This document shows, piece after piece, positions 24,378 to 39,300 of a stretch of 64,000 nt of DNA. How positions within the stretch are numbered: the stretch's first letter is position 1; each line of letters opens with the position of its first letter. The stretch spans positions 1 to 64,000 of the forward strand of contig JAUCBJ010007749.1 in assembly GCA_032718475.1 (NCBI GenBank). The letters are read 5' to 3'. The translations under genes were made by a program, and so were the position numbers. The DNA is from Nemertoderma westbladi. Lineage: Eukaryota > Animalia > Xenacoelomorpha. The notes below the pieces were generated by a model, which saw only the letters and a program-made list of their open reading frames with translations, was not told the origin of the DNA and searched no databases.

Positions 24378-27300
24378 CTATTTCCCACGTGAAAACAACC
24401 CTAATAACCCACTCACCACATGGCTTACAATTGAAAACTTTCTTGGTTTTCCACTTTTTGAACCATCCGTTTCATTTAAAGAGGTAACAACATTATTAGA
24501 AGAAACCCCACCCTCTACTTGCACACACTCCCATCCTGAGTCAGTTTCTTCAGGAATGGGATCGTTGTCTGAACTGCAGTTATCCATCTCTATATCTGGA
24601 GATTCCACATGTTGTATTTTATCTATCTCTATATCAGGAGATTCCACATGTTGTATTCTATCTATCTCTATATCTGGAGATTCCACATGTTGTATTTTAT
24701 CTATCTCTATATCTGGAGATTCATCATCTTGTATGTCATCTGTCTCTATAACATGAGATTCCTTATCAGTTTCTATATTAGGAGATTCCACATGTTGTAT
24801 TTTATCAGTCTCTCTAACTGGAGATTCGTCATGTTGTATGTTATCTGTCTCTATATCTGGAGATTCATCATGTTGTATGTTAATTGTCTCTATAACTGGA
24901 GATTCCTTATCAGTCTCTATATCTGGAGATTCCTTATCAGTCTCTATATCTGGAGATTCCTTATCCGTCTCTATATCTGGAGATTCCTTATGTTGTATAT
25001 TATCTGTCTCTATATCTAGAGATTCCACTTGTTGACTGTTATCTGTCTCTATATCTGGAGATTCCTTATCCGTCTCTATATCTGGAGATTCATCATGTTG
25101 TATGTTATCTGTCTCTATATCTGGAGATTCCACATGTTGTATGTTATCCGTCTCCATAACTGGAGATTCCACATGTTGTATATTATCAGTCTCTTTATCT
25201 GGAGATTCCACATGTTGTATGTTATCAGTCTCTATATCTGGAGATTTCACATGTTGTATTTTATTAGTCTCTATAACTGGAGATTCCTCATGTTGTATGT
25301 TATCAGTCTCTATATCTGGAGATTCATCATGTTGTATGTTATCTGTCTCTATAACTGGAGATTCCTTATCAGTCTCTATATCTGGAGATTCCTCATGTTC
25401 TATGTTAACCGTCTCTATATCTGGAGATTCCTTATGTTGTATTTTATCAGTCTCTATATCTGAAGATTCCACATGTTGTATTTTATCAGTCTCTATAACT
25501 GGAGATTCTTCATGTTGTATGTTAACCGTCTCTATATCTGGAGATTCCTTATGTTGTATTTTATCAGTCTCTATATCTGGAGATTCCACATGTTGTATTT
25601 TATCAGTCTCTCTAACTGGAGATTCGTCATGTTGTATGTTATCTGTCTCTATATCTGGAGATTCATCATGTTGCATGTTAATTGTCTCTATAACTGGAGA
25701 TTCCTTATCAGTCTCTATATCTGGAGATTCCTTATCAGTCTCTATATCTGGAGATTCCTTATCAGTCTCTATATCTGGAGATTCTTCACGTTCTATGTTA
25801 ACCGTCTCTACATCTGGAGATTCCTTATGTTGTATATTATCAGTCTCTATATCAGGAGATTCTTCATGTTGTATGTTATCCATCTCTATATCTGGAGATT
25901 CCACTTGTTGACTGTTATCAGTCTCTATATCTGGAGATTCCTTAGGCATCTCTATATCTGGAGATTCCTTATGTTGTATTTTATCAGTCTCCATAACTGG
26001 AGATTCCACATGTTGTATATTATCAGTCTCTATATCTGGAGATTCCTTATGTTGTATTTTATCAGTCTCTATAACTGGAGATTCCTCATGTTGTCTGTTA
26101 TCCATCTCTATATCTGGAGATTCCACTTGTTGACTGTTATCAGTCTCTATATCTGGAGATTCCTTATGCATCTCTATATCTGGAGATTCCTTATGTTGTA
26201 TTTTATCAGTCTCTATATCTGGAGATTCCACATGTTGTATATTATCAGTCTCTTTATCTGGAGATTCCACATGTTGTATTTTATCAGTCTCTATATCTGG
26301 AGATTCCACATGTTGTATGTTATCCGTCTCTATATCTGGAGATTCCTTATGTTGTATTTTATCAGTCTCTATATCTGGAGATTCCACATGTTGTATATTA
26401 TCAGTCTCTTTATCTGGAGATTCCACATGTTGTATTTTATCAGTCTCTATATCTGGAGATTCCACTTGTTGTATGTTATCTGTCTCTATATCTGGAGATT
26501 CCACATGTTGTATATTATCAGTCTCTTTATCTGGAGATTCCACATGTTGTATTTTATCAGTCTCTATATCTGGAGATTCCACATGTTGTATGTTATCCGT
26601 CTCTATATCTGGAGATTCCTTATGTTGTATTTTATCAGTCTCTATATCTGGAGATTCCACATGTTGTATATTATCAGTCTCTTTATCTGGAGATTCCACA
26701 TGTTGTATTTTATCAGTCTCTATATCTGGAGATTCCACTTGTTGTATGTTATCTGTCTCTATATCTGGAGATTCCACATGTTGTATGTTATCCGTCTCTA
26801 TATCTGGAGATTCCTTATGTTGTATTTTATCAGTCTCTATATCTGGAGATTCCACATGTTGTATATTATCAGTCTCTTTATCTGGAGATTCCACATGTTG
26901 TATTTTATCAGTCTCTATATCTGGAGATTCCACTTGTTGTATGTTATCTGTCTCTATATCTGGAGATTCCACATGTTGTATATTATCAGTCTCTTTATCT
27001 GGAGATTCCACATGTTGTATTTTATCAGTCTCTATATCTGGAGATTCCACATGTTGTATGTTATCCGTCTCTATATCTGGAGATTCCTTATGTTGTATTT
27101 TATCAGTCTCTATATCTGGAGATTCCACATGTTGTATATTATCAGTCTCTTTATCTGGAGATTCCACATGTTGTATTTTATCAGTCTCTATATCTGGAGA
27201 TTCCACTTGTTGTATGTTATCTGTCTCTATATCTGGAGATTCCACATGTTGTATATTATCAGTCTCTTTATCTGGAGATTCCACATGTTGTATGTTATCC

Positions 27301-30300
27301 ATCTCTATATCTGGAGATTCCTCATGTTGTATGTTATCCGTCTCTATATCTGGAGATTCATCATGTTGTATGTTATCTGTCTCTATATCTGGAGATTCCT
27401 CATGTTGTATGTTATCCATCTCTATATCTGGAGATTCCTCATGTTGTATATTATCAGTCTCTATATCTGGAGATTCATCATGTTGTATGTTATCTGTCTC
27501 TATAACTGGAGATTCCTTATCAGTCTCCATAACTGGAGATTCCACATGTTGTATGTTATCCATCTCTATATCTGGAGATTCCTCATGTTGTATGTTATCA
27601 GTCTCTATATCTGGAGATTCATCATCTTGTATGTCATCTGTCTCTATAATTTGAGATTCCTTACCAGTTTCTATATTAGGAGATTCCTCATGTTGTATAT
27701 TAGCAGTCTCTATATCTGGAGATTCCTCATGTTGTATGTTATTAGTCTCTATATCTGGAGATTCATCATCTTGTATGTCATCTGTCTCTATAACTTGAGA
27801 TTCCTTACCAGTTTCTATATTAGGAGATTCCTCATGTTGTATATTATCAGTCTCTATATCTGGAGATTCCTCATGTTGTATGTTATCCATCTCTATATCT
27901 GGAGATTCCTCATGTTGTATGTTATCAGTCTCTATATCTGGAGATTCATCATCTTGTATGTCATCTGTCTCTATAACTTGAGATTCCTTACCAGTTTCTA
28001 TATTAGGAGATTCCTCATGTTGTATATTATCAGTCTCTATATCTGGAGATTCCTCATGTTGTATGTTATTAGTCTCTATATCTGGAGATTCATCATCTTG
28101 TAAGTCATCTGTCTCTATAACTTGAGATTCCTTACCAGTTTCTATATTAGGAGATTCCCCATGTTGTATATTATCAGTCTCTATATCTGGAGATTCCACA
28201 TGTTGTATGTTATCCATCTCTATATCTGGAGATTTCTCATGTTGTATATTATCAGTCTCTATATCTGGAGATTCATCATGTTGTATGTTATCCGTTTCTA
28301 TATCTGGAGATTTTTTATCAGTCTCTATATCTGGAGATTCTTTATCCGTCTCTATATCTGGAGATTCTTTATCCGTCTCTATATCTGGAGATTTCTTATC
28401 CGTCTCTATATCTGGAGATTCATCATGTTGTATGTTATCCGTCTCTATATCTGGAGATTCCTCATGTTGTATGTTATCTGTCTCTATATCTGGAGATTCA
28501 TCATGTTGTATGTTATCAGTCTCTATATCTGGAGATTCATCATGTTGTATGTTATCTGTCTCTATAACTGGAGATTCCGTATCATTCTCTATTTCTGGAG
28601 ATTCCTCATGTTGTATATTATCAGTCTCCATATCTGGAGATTCCACATGTTGTATATTATCCGTCTCTATATCTGAAGATTTCTTATCAATCTCTATATC
28701 TGGAGATTCTTTATCAGTCTCTATATCTAGAGATTCCTCATGTTGTATATTATCAGTCTCTATATCTGGAGATTCATCATGTTGTATGTTATCTGTCTCT
28801 ATAACTGGAGATTCCTTATCATTCTCTATAACTGGAGATTCCTCATGTTGTATATTATCAGTCTCCATATCTGGAGATTCCACATGTTGTATATTATCAG
28901 TCTCTATATCTGGAGATTCCACATGTTGTATGTTATCCATCTCTATATCTGGAGATTCCTCATGTTGTATATTATCAGTCTCTATATCTGGAGATTCATC
29001 ATGTTGTATGTTATCTGTCTCTATAACTGGAGATTCCTTATCATTATCTATATCTGGAGATTCCACATGTTGTATTTTATCAGTCTCTATATCTGGAGAT
29101 TCCTTATGTTGTATTTTATCAGTCTCCATAACTGGAGATTCCCCATGTTGTCTGTTATCCGTCCCTATATCTGGAGATTCCTCATGTTGTAAATTATCAG
29201 TCTCTATATCTGGAGATTCCTTATCATTCTCTATTTCTGGAGATTCATCATGTGGTATATTATCAGTCTCTATATCTGGAGATTCATCATGTTGTATGTT
29301 ATCCGTCTCTATACCTGGAGATTCCTCATGTTGTATATTATCAGTCTCTATATCTGGAGATTCCTCATGTTGTATATTATCTGTCTCTATAACTGGAGAT
29401 TCGTCATGTTGTATGTTATCTGTCTCTATATCTGGAGATTCATCATGTTGTATGTTATCTGTCTCTATATCTGGAGATTCATCATGTTGTATATTATCAG
29501 TCTCTATATCTGGAGATTCCTCATGTAGTATGTTATCTGTCTCTATAACTGGAGATTCGTCATGTTGTATGTAATCTGTCTCTATAACTGGAGATTCCTT
29601 ATGTTGTATGTTATCAGTCTCTATATCTGGAGATTCCTCATGTTCTATGTTAACCGTCTCTATATCTGGAGATTCCACATGTTGTATTTTATCCGTCTCT
29701 ATAACCGGAGATTCCTCATGTTGTATATTATCAGTCTCTATATCTGGAGATTCCTCATGTTGTATATTATCTGTCTCTATATCTGGAGATTCATCATGTT
29801 GTATGTTATCTGTCTCTATATCTGGAGATTCCTTATGTTGTATATTATCAGTCTCTATATCTGGAGATTCCTCATGTTGTATGTTATCTGTCTCTATAAC
29901 TGGAGATTCGTCATGTTGTATGTTATCCGTATCTATATCGGGAGATTCCACTTGTTGACTGTTATCCGTATCTATATCTGGAGATTCCTCATGTTGTATC
30001 TTATCTGTCTCTATAACTGGAGATTCCTTATCCTTCTCTATATCTTGAGATCCCTTATCCGTCTCTATAACCGGAGATTCCTCATGATGTATGTTATCCG
30101 TCTCTATATCTGGAGATTCCACTTGTTGACTGTTATCTTTCTCTATATCTGTAGAATCCTCATGTTGTATGTTATCAGTCTCTATACCTGGAGATTCCTT
30201 ATGTTGTATTTTATCAGTCTCTATACCTGGAGAATCCTCATGTTGTATGTTATCAGTCTCTATATCTGGAGATTCGTTATGTTGTATTTTATCAGTCTCT

Positions 30301-33300
30301 ATATCTGGAGATTCCACATGTTGTATTTTATCAGTCTCTATATCTGGAGATTCCTTATGTTGTTTGTTATCCATCTCTATACCTGGAGAATCCTCATGTT
30401 GTATGTTATCAGTCTCTATATCTGGAGATTCCTTATGTTGTATTTTATCAGTCTCTATATCTGGAGATTCCACATGTTGTATTTTATCAGTCTCTATATC
30501 TGGAGATTCCACATGTTGTATTTTATCAGTCTCTATATCTGGAGATTCCACTTGTTGTATTTTATCAGTCTCTATACCTGGAGAATCCTCATGTTGTATG
30601 TTATCAGTCTCTATACCTGGAGATTCCTTATGTTGTATTTTATCAGTCTCTATACCTGGAGAATCCTCATGTTGTATGTTATCAGTTTCTATATCTGGAG
30701 ATTCCTTTTGTTGTATTTTATCAGTCTCTATATCTGGAGATTCCACATGTTGTATTTTATCAGTCTCTATATCTGGAGATTCCTTATGTTGTTTGTTATC
30801 CATCTCTATACCTGGAGAATCCCCATGTTGTATGTTATCAGTCTCTATATCTGGAGATTCATCATGTTGTATGTTATCAGTCTCTATATCTGGATATTCC
30901 TCATGTTGTATTTTATCAGTCTCTATAACTGGAGATTCCTTATGTTGTATTTTATCAGTCTCCATAACTGGAGATTTCACATCTTGTATATTATCAGTCT
31001 CTATATCTGGAGATTCCTTATCCATCTCTATATCTGGAGATTCCTTATGTTGTATTTTATCAGTCTCCATAACTGGAGATTCCACATGTTGTATATTATC
31101 AGTCTCTATATCTGGAGATTCCTTATCCATCTCTATTTCTGGAGATTCCTTATGTTGTATTTTATCAGTCTCCATAACTGGAGATTCCACATGTTGTATA
31201 TTATCAGTCTTTATATCTGGAGATTCCTTATGTTGTATGTTATCCATTTCTATATCTGGAGATTCCTTATGTTGTATGTTATCCATCTCTATATCTGGAG
31301 ATTCCACTTGTTGACTGTTATCAGTCTCTATATCTGGAGATTCCTCATGTTGTATGTTATCTTTCTCTATATCTGGAGATTCCTTATGTTGTATTTTATC
31401 AGTCTCTATAACTGGAGATTCCACATGTTGTATATTATCAGTCTCTATATCTGGAGATTCCTTTTCCATCTCTATATCTGGAGATTCCTTATGTTGTATT
31501 TTATCAGTCTCCATAACTGGAGATTCCACATGTTGTATATTATCAGTCTTTATATCTGGAGATTCCTTATGTTGTATGTTATCCATTTCTATATCTGGAG
31601 ATTCCTTATGTTGTATGTTATCCATCTCTATATCTGGAGATTCCACTTGTTGACTGTTATCAGTCTCTATATCTGGAGATTCCTCATGTTGTATGTTATC
31701 TTTCTCTATATCTGGAGATTCCTTATGTTGTATGTTATCCATCTCTATATCTGGAGATTCCACTTGTTGACTGTTATCAGTCTCTATATCTGGAGATTCC
31801 TCATGTTGTATGTTATCTTTCTCTATATCTGGAGATTCTTTATGTTGTATGTTATCCATCTCTATATCTGGAGATTCCACTTGTTGACTGTTATCAGTCT
31901 CTATATCTGGAGATTCCTCATGTTGTATGTTATCTTTCTCTATATCTGGAGATTCCTTATGTTGTATGTTATCCATCTCTATATCTGGAGATTCCACTTG
32001 TTGACTGTCATCAGTCTCTATATCTGGAGATTCCTTATCCATCTCTATATCTGGAGTTTCCTTATGTTGTATTTTATCAGTCTCCATAACTGGAGATTTC
32101 ACATCTTGTATATTATCAGTCTCTATATCTGGAGATTCCTTATGTTGTATGTTATCCATCTCTATATCTGGAGATTCCACTTGTTGACTGTCATCAGTCT
32201 CTATATCTGGAGATTCCTTATCCATCTCTATATCTGGAGTTTCCTTATGTTGTATTTTATCAGTCTCCATAACTGGAGATTTCACATGTTGTATATTATC
32301 AGTCTCTATATCTGGAGATTCCTCATGTTCTATGTTTTCCGTCTCTATATCTGGAGATTCCTCATGTTCTACATTATCAGTCTCTATATCTGGAAATTCC
32401 TCATGTTGTATGTTATCAGTCTCTACACCTGGAGAATCCTCATGTTGTCTGTTATCAGTCTCTATAACTGGAGATTCCTTATGTTGTATGTTATCAGTCT
32501 CTATATCTAGAGATTCCTCATGTTGTATGTTATCAGTCTCTATATCTAGAGATTCCACTTGTTGTAAGTTATCAGTCTCTATAACTGGAGTTTCTTTATC
32601 ATTATCTTTATCTGGAGATTCATCATGTTGTATGTTATCCGTCTCTATATCTGGAAATTCCTCATGTTGTATATTATCAGTCTCTATAACTGGAGATTCC
32701 TTATCATTCTCTATATTTGGGGATCCCTTATCAGTCTCTATAACTTGAGATTCCTCATGTTGTATGTTATTAGTCTCTATACCTGGAGAATCCTCATGTT
32801 CTCTGTTATCAGTCTCTATATCTGGAGATTCCTTATGTTGTATATTATCAGTCTCTATATCTGGAGATTCCTCATGTTCTACATTATCAGTCTCTATATC
32901 TGGAAATTCCTCATGTTGTATGTTATCAGTCTCTACACCTGGAGAATCCTCATGTTGTCTGTTATCAGTCTCTATAACTGGAGAGTCCTCATGTTGTATA
33001 TTATCAGTCTCTATAACTGGAGATTCCTTATCATTCTCTATATCTGGGGATCCCTTATCAGTCTCTATAACTTGAGATTCCTCATGTTGTATGTTATTAG
33101 TCTCTATACCTGGAGAATCCTCATGTTCTCTGTTATCAGTCTCTATATCTGGAGATTCCTTATGTTGTATATTATCAGTCTCTATACCTGGAGAATCCTC
33201 ATGTTGTCTGTTATCAGTCTCTATAACTGGAGAGTCCTCATGTTGTTTATTATCAGTCTCTATAACTGGAGATTCCTTATGTTGTATATTATCAGTCTCT

Positions 33301-36300
33301 ATATCTGGAGATTCCTTATGTTGTATATTATCAGTCTCTATATCTGGAAATTCCTCATGTTGTCTGTTATCAGTCTCTATAACTGGAGAGTCCTCATGTT
33401 GTTTATTATCAGTCTCTATAACTGGAGATTCCTTATGTTGTATATTATCAGTCTCTATATCTGGAGATTCCTTATGTTGTATATTATCAGTCTCTATATC
33501 TGGAAATTCCTCATGTTGTCTGTTATCAGTCTCTATAACTGGAGAGTCCTCATGTTGTTTATTATCAGTCTCTATAACTGGAGATTCCTTATGTTGTATG
33601 TTATCAGTCTCTATATCTGGAGATTCCACTTGTTGACTGTTATCTTTCTCTATATCTGGAGATTCCTTATCAGTCTCTATATCTGGAGATTCCTTATCAG
33701 TCTCTATATCTGGAGATTCCTTATCATTCTCTATAACTGGAGATTCCTTATCAGTCTCTATATCTGGAGATTCCTTATCAGTCTCTATATCTGGATATTC
33801 CTTATCAGTCTCTATATCTGGAGATTCCTTATCATTCTCTATAACTGGAGATTCCTTATCAGTCTCTGTATCTGGATATTCCTTATCTGTCTCTATAACT
33901 GGAGATTCCTTATCATTCTCTATAACTGGAGATTCATCATGTTGTATGTTATCAGTCTCTATATCTGGAGATTCATCATGTTGTATGTTATCAGTCTCTA
34001 TATCTGGAGATTCCTTATCATTCTCTATTTCTGGAGATTCATCATGTTGTATGTTATCAGTCTCTATATCTGGAGATTCCTTATCAGTCTTTATATCTGG
34101 AGATTCCTTATCAGTCTCTATATCTGGAGATTCATCATGTTGTATGTTATCAGTCTCTATATCTGGAGGTTCCTTATGTTGTATATTATCCGTCTCTATA
34201 TCTGGAGATTCCACTTGTTGACTGTTAGGCCTATCTGTCTCTATATCTGGAGATTCCTTATCAGTCTCTATATCTGGAGATTTCTTATCATTCTCTATAT
34301 CTGGAGATTCCTTATCAGTCTCTGTATCTGGATATTCCTTATCTGTCTCTATAACTGGAGATTCCTTATCATTCTCTATATTTGGAGATTCATCATGTTG
34401 TATGTTATCCGTCTCTATATCTGGAGATTCCTTATCTGTCTCTATATCTGGAGATTCCTTATCAGTCTCTATATCTGGAGATTTCTTATCATTCTCTATA
34501 TCTGGAGATTCCTTATCAGTCTCTGTATCTGGATATTCCTTATCTGTCTCTATAACTGGAGATTCCTTATCATTCTCTATATCTGGAGATTCATCATGTT
34601 GTATGTTATCCGTCTCTATATCTGGAGATTCCTTATCTGTCTCTATAACTGGAGATTCCTTATCTGTCTCTATATCTGGAGATTCCTTATCATTCTCTAT
34701 ATCTGGAGATTCCACTTGTTGACTGTTATCTGTCTCTATATCTGGAGATTCCTTATCAGTCTCTATATCTGGAGATTCCTTATCAGTCTCTGTATCAGGA
34801 GATTCCTTATCAGTCTCTATATCTGGAGATTCCTTATCTGTCTCTATATCTGGAGATTCCACTTGTTGACTGTTATCTGTCTCTATATCTGGAGATTCCT
34901 TATCAGTCTCTATATCTGGAGATTCCTTATCAGTCTCTATATCTGGAGATTCCTTATCAGTCTCTATATCTGGAGATTCCTTATCTGTCTCTATATCTGG
35001 AGATTCCACTTGTTGACTGTTATCAGTCTCTATAACTGGAGATTCTTTATCATTATCTTTATCTGGAGATTCATCATGTTGTATGTTATCCGTATCTATA
35101 TCGGGAGATTCCACTTGTTGACTGTTATCTTTCTCTGAATCAGGAGATTCCTTATCAGTCTCTATATCTGGAGATTCCTTATCTGTCTCTATATCTGGAG
35201 ATTCCACTTGTTGACTGTTATCAGTCTCTATAACTGGAGATTCTTTATCATTATCTTTATCTGGAGATTCATCATGTTGTATGTTATCCGTATCTATATC
35301 GGGAGATTCCACTTGTTGACTGTTATCTTTCTCTATATCTGGAGATTCCTTATCAGTCTCTATATCTGGAGATTCCACTTGTTGTAAGTTATCAGTCTCT
35401 ATAACTGGAGATTCTTTATCATTATCTTTATCTGGAGATTCATCATGTTGTATGTTATCCGTATCTATATCGGGAGATTCCACTTGTTGACTGTTATCTT
35501 TCTCTATATCTGGAGATTCCTTATCAGTCTCTATATCTGGAGATTCCACTTGTTGTAAGTTATCAGTCTCTATAACTGGAGATTCTTTATCATTATCTTT
35601 ATCTGGAGATTCATCATGTTGTATGTTATCCGTATCTATATCGGGAGATTCCACTTGTTGACTGTTATCTGTCTCTATATCTGGATATTCCTTATCAGTC
35701 TCTATATCTGGAGATTCCTTATCAGTCTCTATATCTGGAGATTCCTTATCCGTATCTATATCTGGAGATTCCACTTGTTGTAAGTTATCAGTCTCTATAA
35801 CTGGAGATTCTTTATCATTATCTTTATCTGGAGATTCATCATGTTGTATGTTATCAGTCTCTATATCGGGAGATTCCACTTGTTGACTGTTATCTGTCTC
35901 TATATCTGGAGATTCCTTATCAGTCTCTATATCTGGAGATTCCACTTGTTGTAAGTTATCAGTCTCTATAACTGGAGATTCTTTATCATTATCTTTATCT
36001 GGAGATTCATCATGTTGTATGTTATCAGTCTCTATATCGGGAGATTCCACTTGTTGACTGTTATCTGTCTCTATATCTGGAGATTCCTTATCAGTCTCTA
36101 TATCTGGAGATTCCTTATCCGTATCTATATCTGGAGATTCCACTTGTTGACTGTTATCCGTCTCTATATCTGGAGATTCCTTATCATTCTCTATATCTGG
36201 AGATTCCTCATGTTGTATGTTATCAGTCTCTATATCGGGAGATTCCTTATCATTCTCTATATCTGGAGATTCCTCATGTTGTATGTTATCAGTCTCTATA

Positions 36301-39300
36301 TCGGGAGATTCCACTTGTTGACTGTTATCTTTCTCTATATTTGGAGATTCCTTATCAGTCTCTATATCTGGAGATTCCACTTGTTGACTGTTATCTTTCT
36401 CTGAATCAGGAGATTCCTTATCAGTCTCTATATCTGGAGATTCCTTATCTGTCTCTATATCTGGAGATTCCACTTGTTGACTGTTATCAGTCTCTATAAC
36501 TGGAGATTCTTTATCATTATCTTTATCTGGAGATTCATCATGTTGTATGTTATCAGTCTCTATATCTGGAGATTCCTCATGTTGTACGTTATCCGTCTCT
36601 ATATCTGGAGATTCCTTATCATTCTCTATATCTGGAGATTCCTCATGTTGTATGTTATCAGTCTCTATATCGGGAGATTCCACTTGTTGACTGTTATCTT
36701 TCTCTATATTTGGAGATTCCTTATCAGTCTCTATATCTGGAGATTCCACTTGTTGACTGTTATCTTTCTCTATATCTGGAGATTCCTTATCAGTCTCTAT
36801 ATCTGGAGATTCCTTATCAGTCTCTATATCTGGAGATTCCTTATCAATCTCTGTATCTGGATATTCCTTATCAGTCTCTATATCTGGAGATTCCTTATCA
36901 TTCTCTATAACTGGAGATTCCTTATCATTCTCTATATCTGGAGATTCATCATGTTGTATGTTATCCGTCTCTATATCTGGAGATTCCACTTGTTGACTGT
37001 TAGGCCTATCTGTCTTTATATCTGGAGATTCCTTATCAGTCTCTATATCTGGAGATTCCTTATCAGTCTCTATATCTGGAGATTCCTTATCAGTCTCTGT
37101 ATCTGGAGATTCCTTATCTGTCTCTATATCTGGAGATTCCACTTGTTGACTGTTATCTGTCTCTATATCTGGAGATTCCTTATCAGTCTCTATATCTGGA
37201 GATTCCTTATCAGTCTCTATATCTGGAGATTCCTTATCAGTCTCTGTATCAGGAGATTCCTTATCAGTCTCTATATCTGGAGATTCCTTATCTGTCTCTA
37301 TATCTGGAGATTCCACTTGTTGACTGTTATCTGTCTCTATATCTGGAGATTCCTTATCAGTCTCTATATCTGGAGATTCCTTATCAGTCTCTATATCTGG
37401 AGATTCCTTATCAGTCTCTGTATCAGGATATTCCTTATCAGTCTCTATATCTGGAGATTCTTTATCTGTCTCTATATCTGGAGATTCCACTTGTTGACTG
37501 TTATCTGTCTCTATATCTGGAGATTCCTTATCAGTCTCTATATCTGGAGATTCCTTATCCGTCTCTATCACTGGAGATTCCTTATGTTGTATGTTATCTT
37601 TCTCTATATCTGGGGATTCCTTATCAGTCTCTATATCTGTAGAATCCTCATGTTGTATATTATCAGTCTCTATAACTGGATATTCCATATCATTCTCTAT
37701 ATCTGGAGATTCCTCATGTTGTATATTATCTGTCTCTATATCTGGAGATTCATCATGTTGTATATTATCAGTCTCTATATCTGGAGATTCCTTATCCGTC
37801 TCTATATCTGGAGATTCCACATGTTGTATATTATCCGTCTCTATAACTGGAGATTCCTCATGTTGTATATTATCAGTCTCTATATCTGGAGATTCCTTAT
37901 GTTGTATATTATCAGTCTCTATAACTGGATATTCCATATCATTCTCTATAACTGGAGATTCCTCCTGTTGTATATTATCAGTCTCTATATCTGGAGATTC
38001 CTCCTGTTGTATATTATCAGTCTCTATATCTGGAGATTCATCATGTTGTATGTTATCAGTCTCTAAAACTGGAGATTCATCATGTTGTATGTTATCCGTA
38101 TCTATATCTGGAGATTTCACTTGTTGACTGTTATCCGTCTCTATATCTGGAGATTCCACTTGTTGACTGTTATCAGTCTCTATATCTGGAGATTCCTTAT
38201 CATTCTCTATATCTGGAGATTCCTCATGTTGTATGTTATCAGTCTCTAAAACTGGAGATTCCTCATGTTGTATGTTATCAGTCTCTATATCTGGAGATTC
38301 CTCATGTTGTATGTTATCAGTCTCTATATCTGGAGATTCCTCATGTTGTATGTTATCAGTCTCTATATCTGGAGATTCCTCATGTTGTATGTTATCAGTC
38401 TCTATAACTTGAGATTCCACATGTTGTATGTTATCAGTCTCTATATCTGGAGATTCCTCATGTTGTATGTTATCAGTCTCTATATCTGGAGATTCCACTT
38501 GTTGACTGTTATCAGTCTCTATATCTGGAGATTCCTTATGTTGTACGTTATCCGTCTCTATATCTGGAGATTCCTTATCATTCTCTATAACTGGAAATTC
38601 CTCATGTTGTATATTATCAGTCTCTATATCTGGAGATTCCACTTGTTGACTGTTATCAGTCTCTATATCTGGAGATTCCTTATGTTGTACGTTATCCGTC
38701 TCTATATCTGGAGATTCCTCATGTTGTATATTATCAGTCTCTATATCTGGAGATTCCACTTGTTGACTGTTATCTGTCTCTATATCTGGAGATTCCTCAT
38801 CAGTCTCTATATCTGGAGATTCCTTATCAGTCTCTATATCTGGAGATTCCTCATGTTGTATGATATCCATCTCTATATCTGGAGATTCCTCATGTTCTAT
38901 GTTAACCGTCTCTATATCTGGAGATTCCTTATCAGTCTCTATATCTGGAGATTCCACATGTTGTATATTATCCGTCTCTATAACTGGAAATTCCTCATGT
39001 TGTATATTATCAGTCTCTATATCTGGAGATTCCACTTGTTGACTGTTATCTGTCTCTATATCTGGAGATTCCTCATCAGTCTCTATATCTGGAGATTCCT
39101 TATCAGTCTCTATATCTGGAGATTCCTCATGTTGTATGATATCCATCTCTATATCTGGAGATTCCTCATGTTCTATGTTAACCGTCTCTATATCTGGAGA
39201 TTCCTTATCAGTCTCTATATCTGGAGATTCCACTTGTTGTATGTTATCTGTCTCTATAACTGGAGATTCCTTATGTTGTATATTATCTGTCTCTATAACT

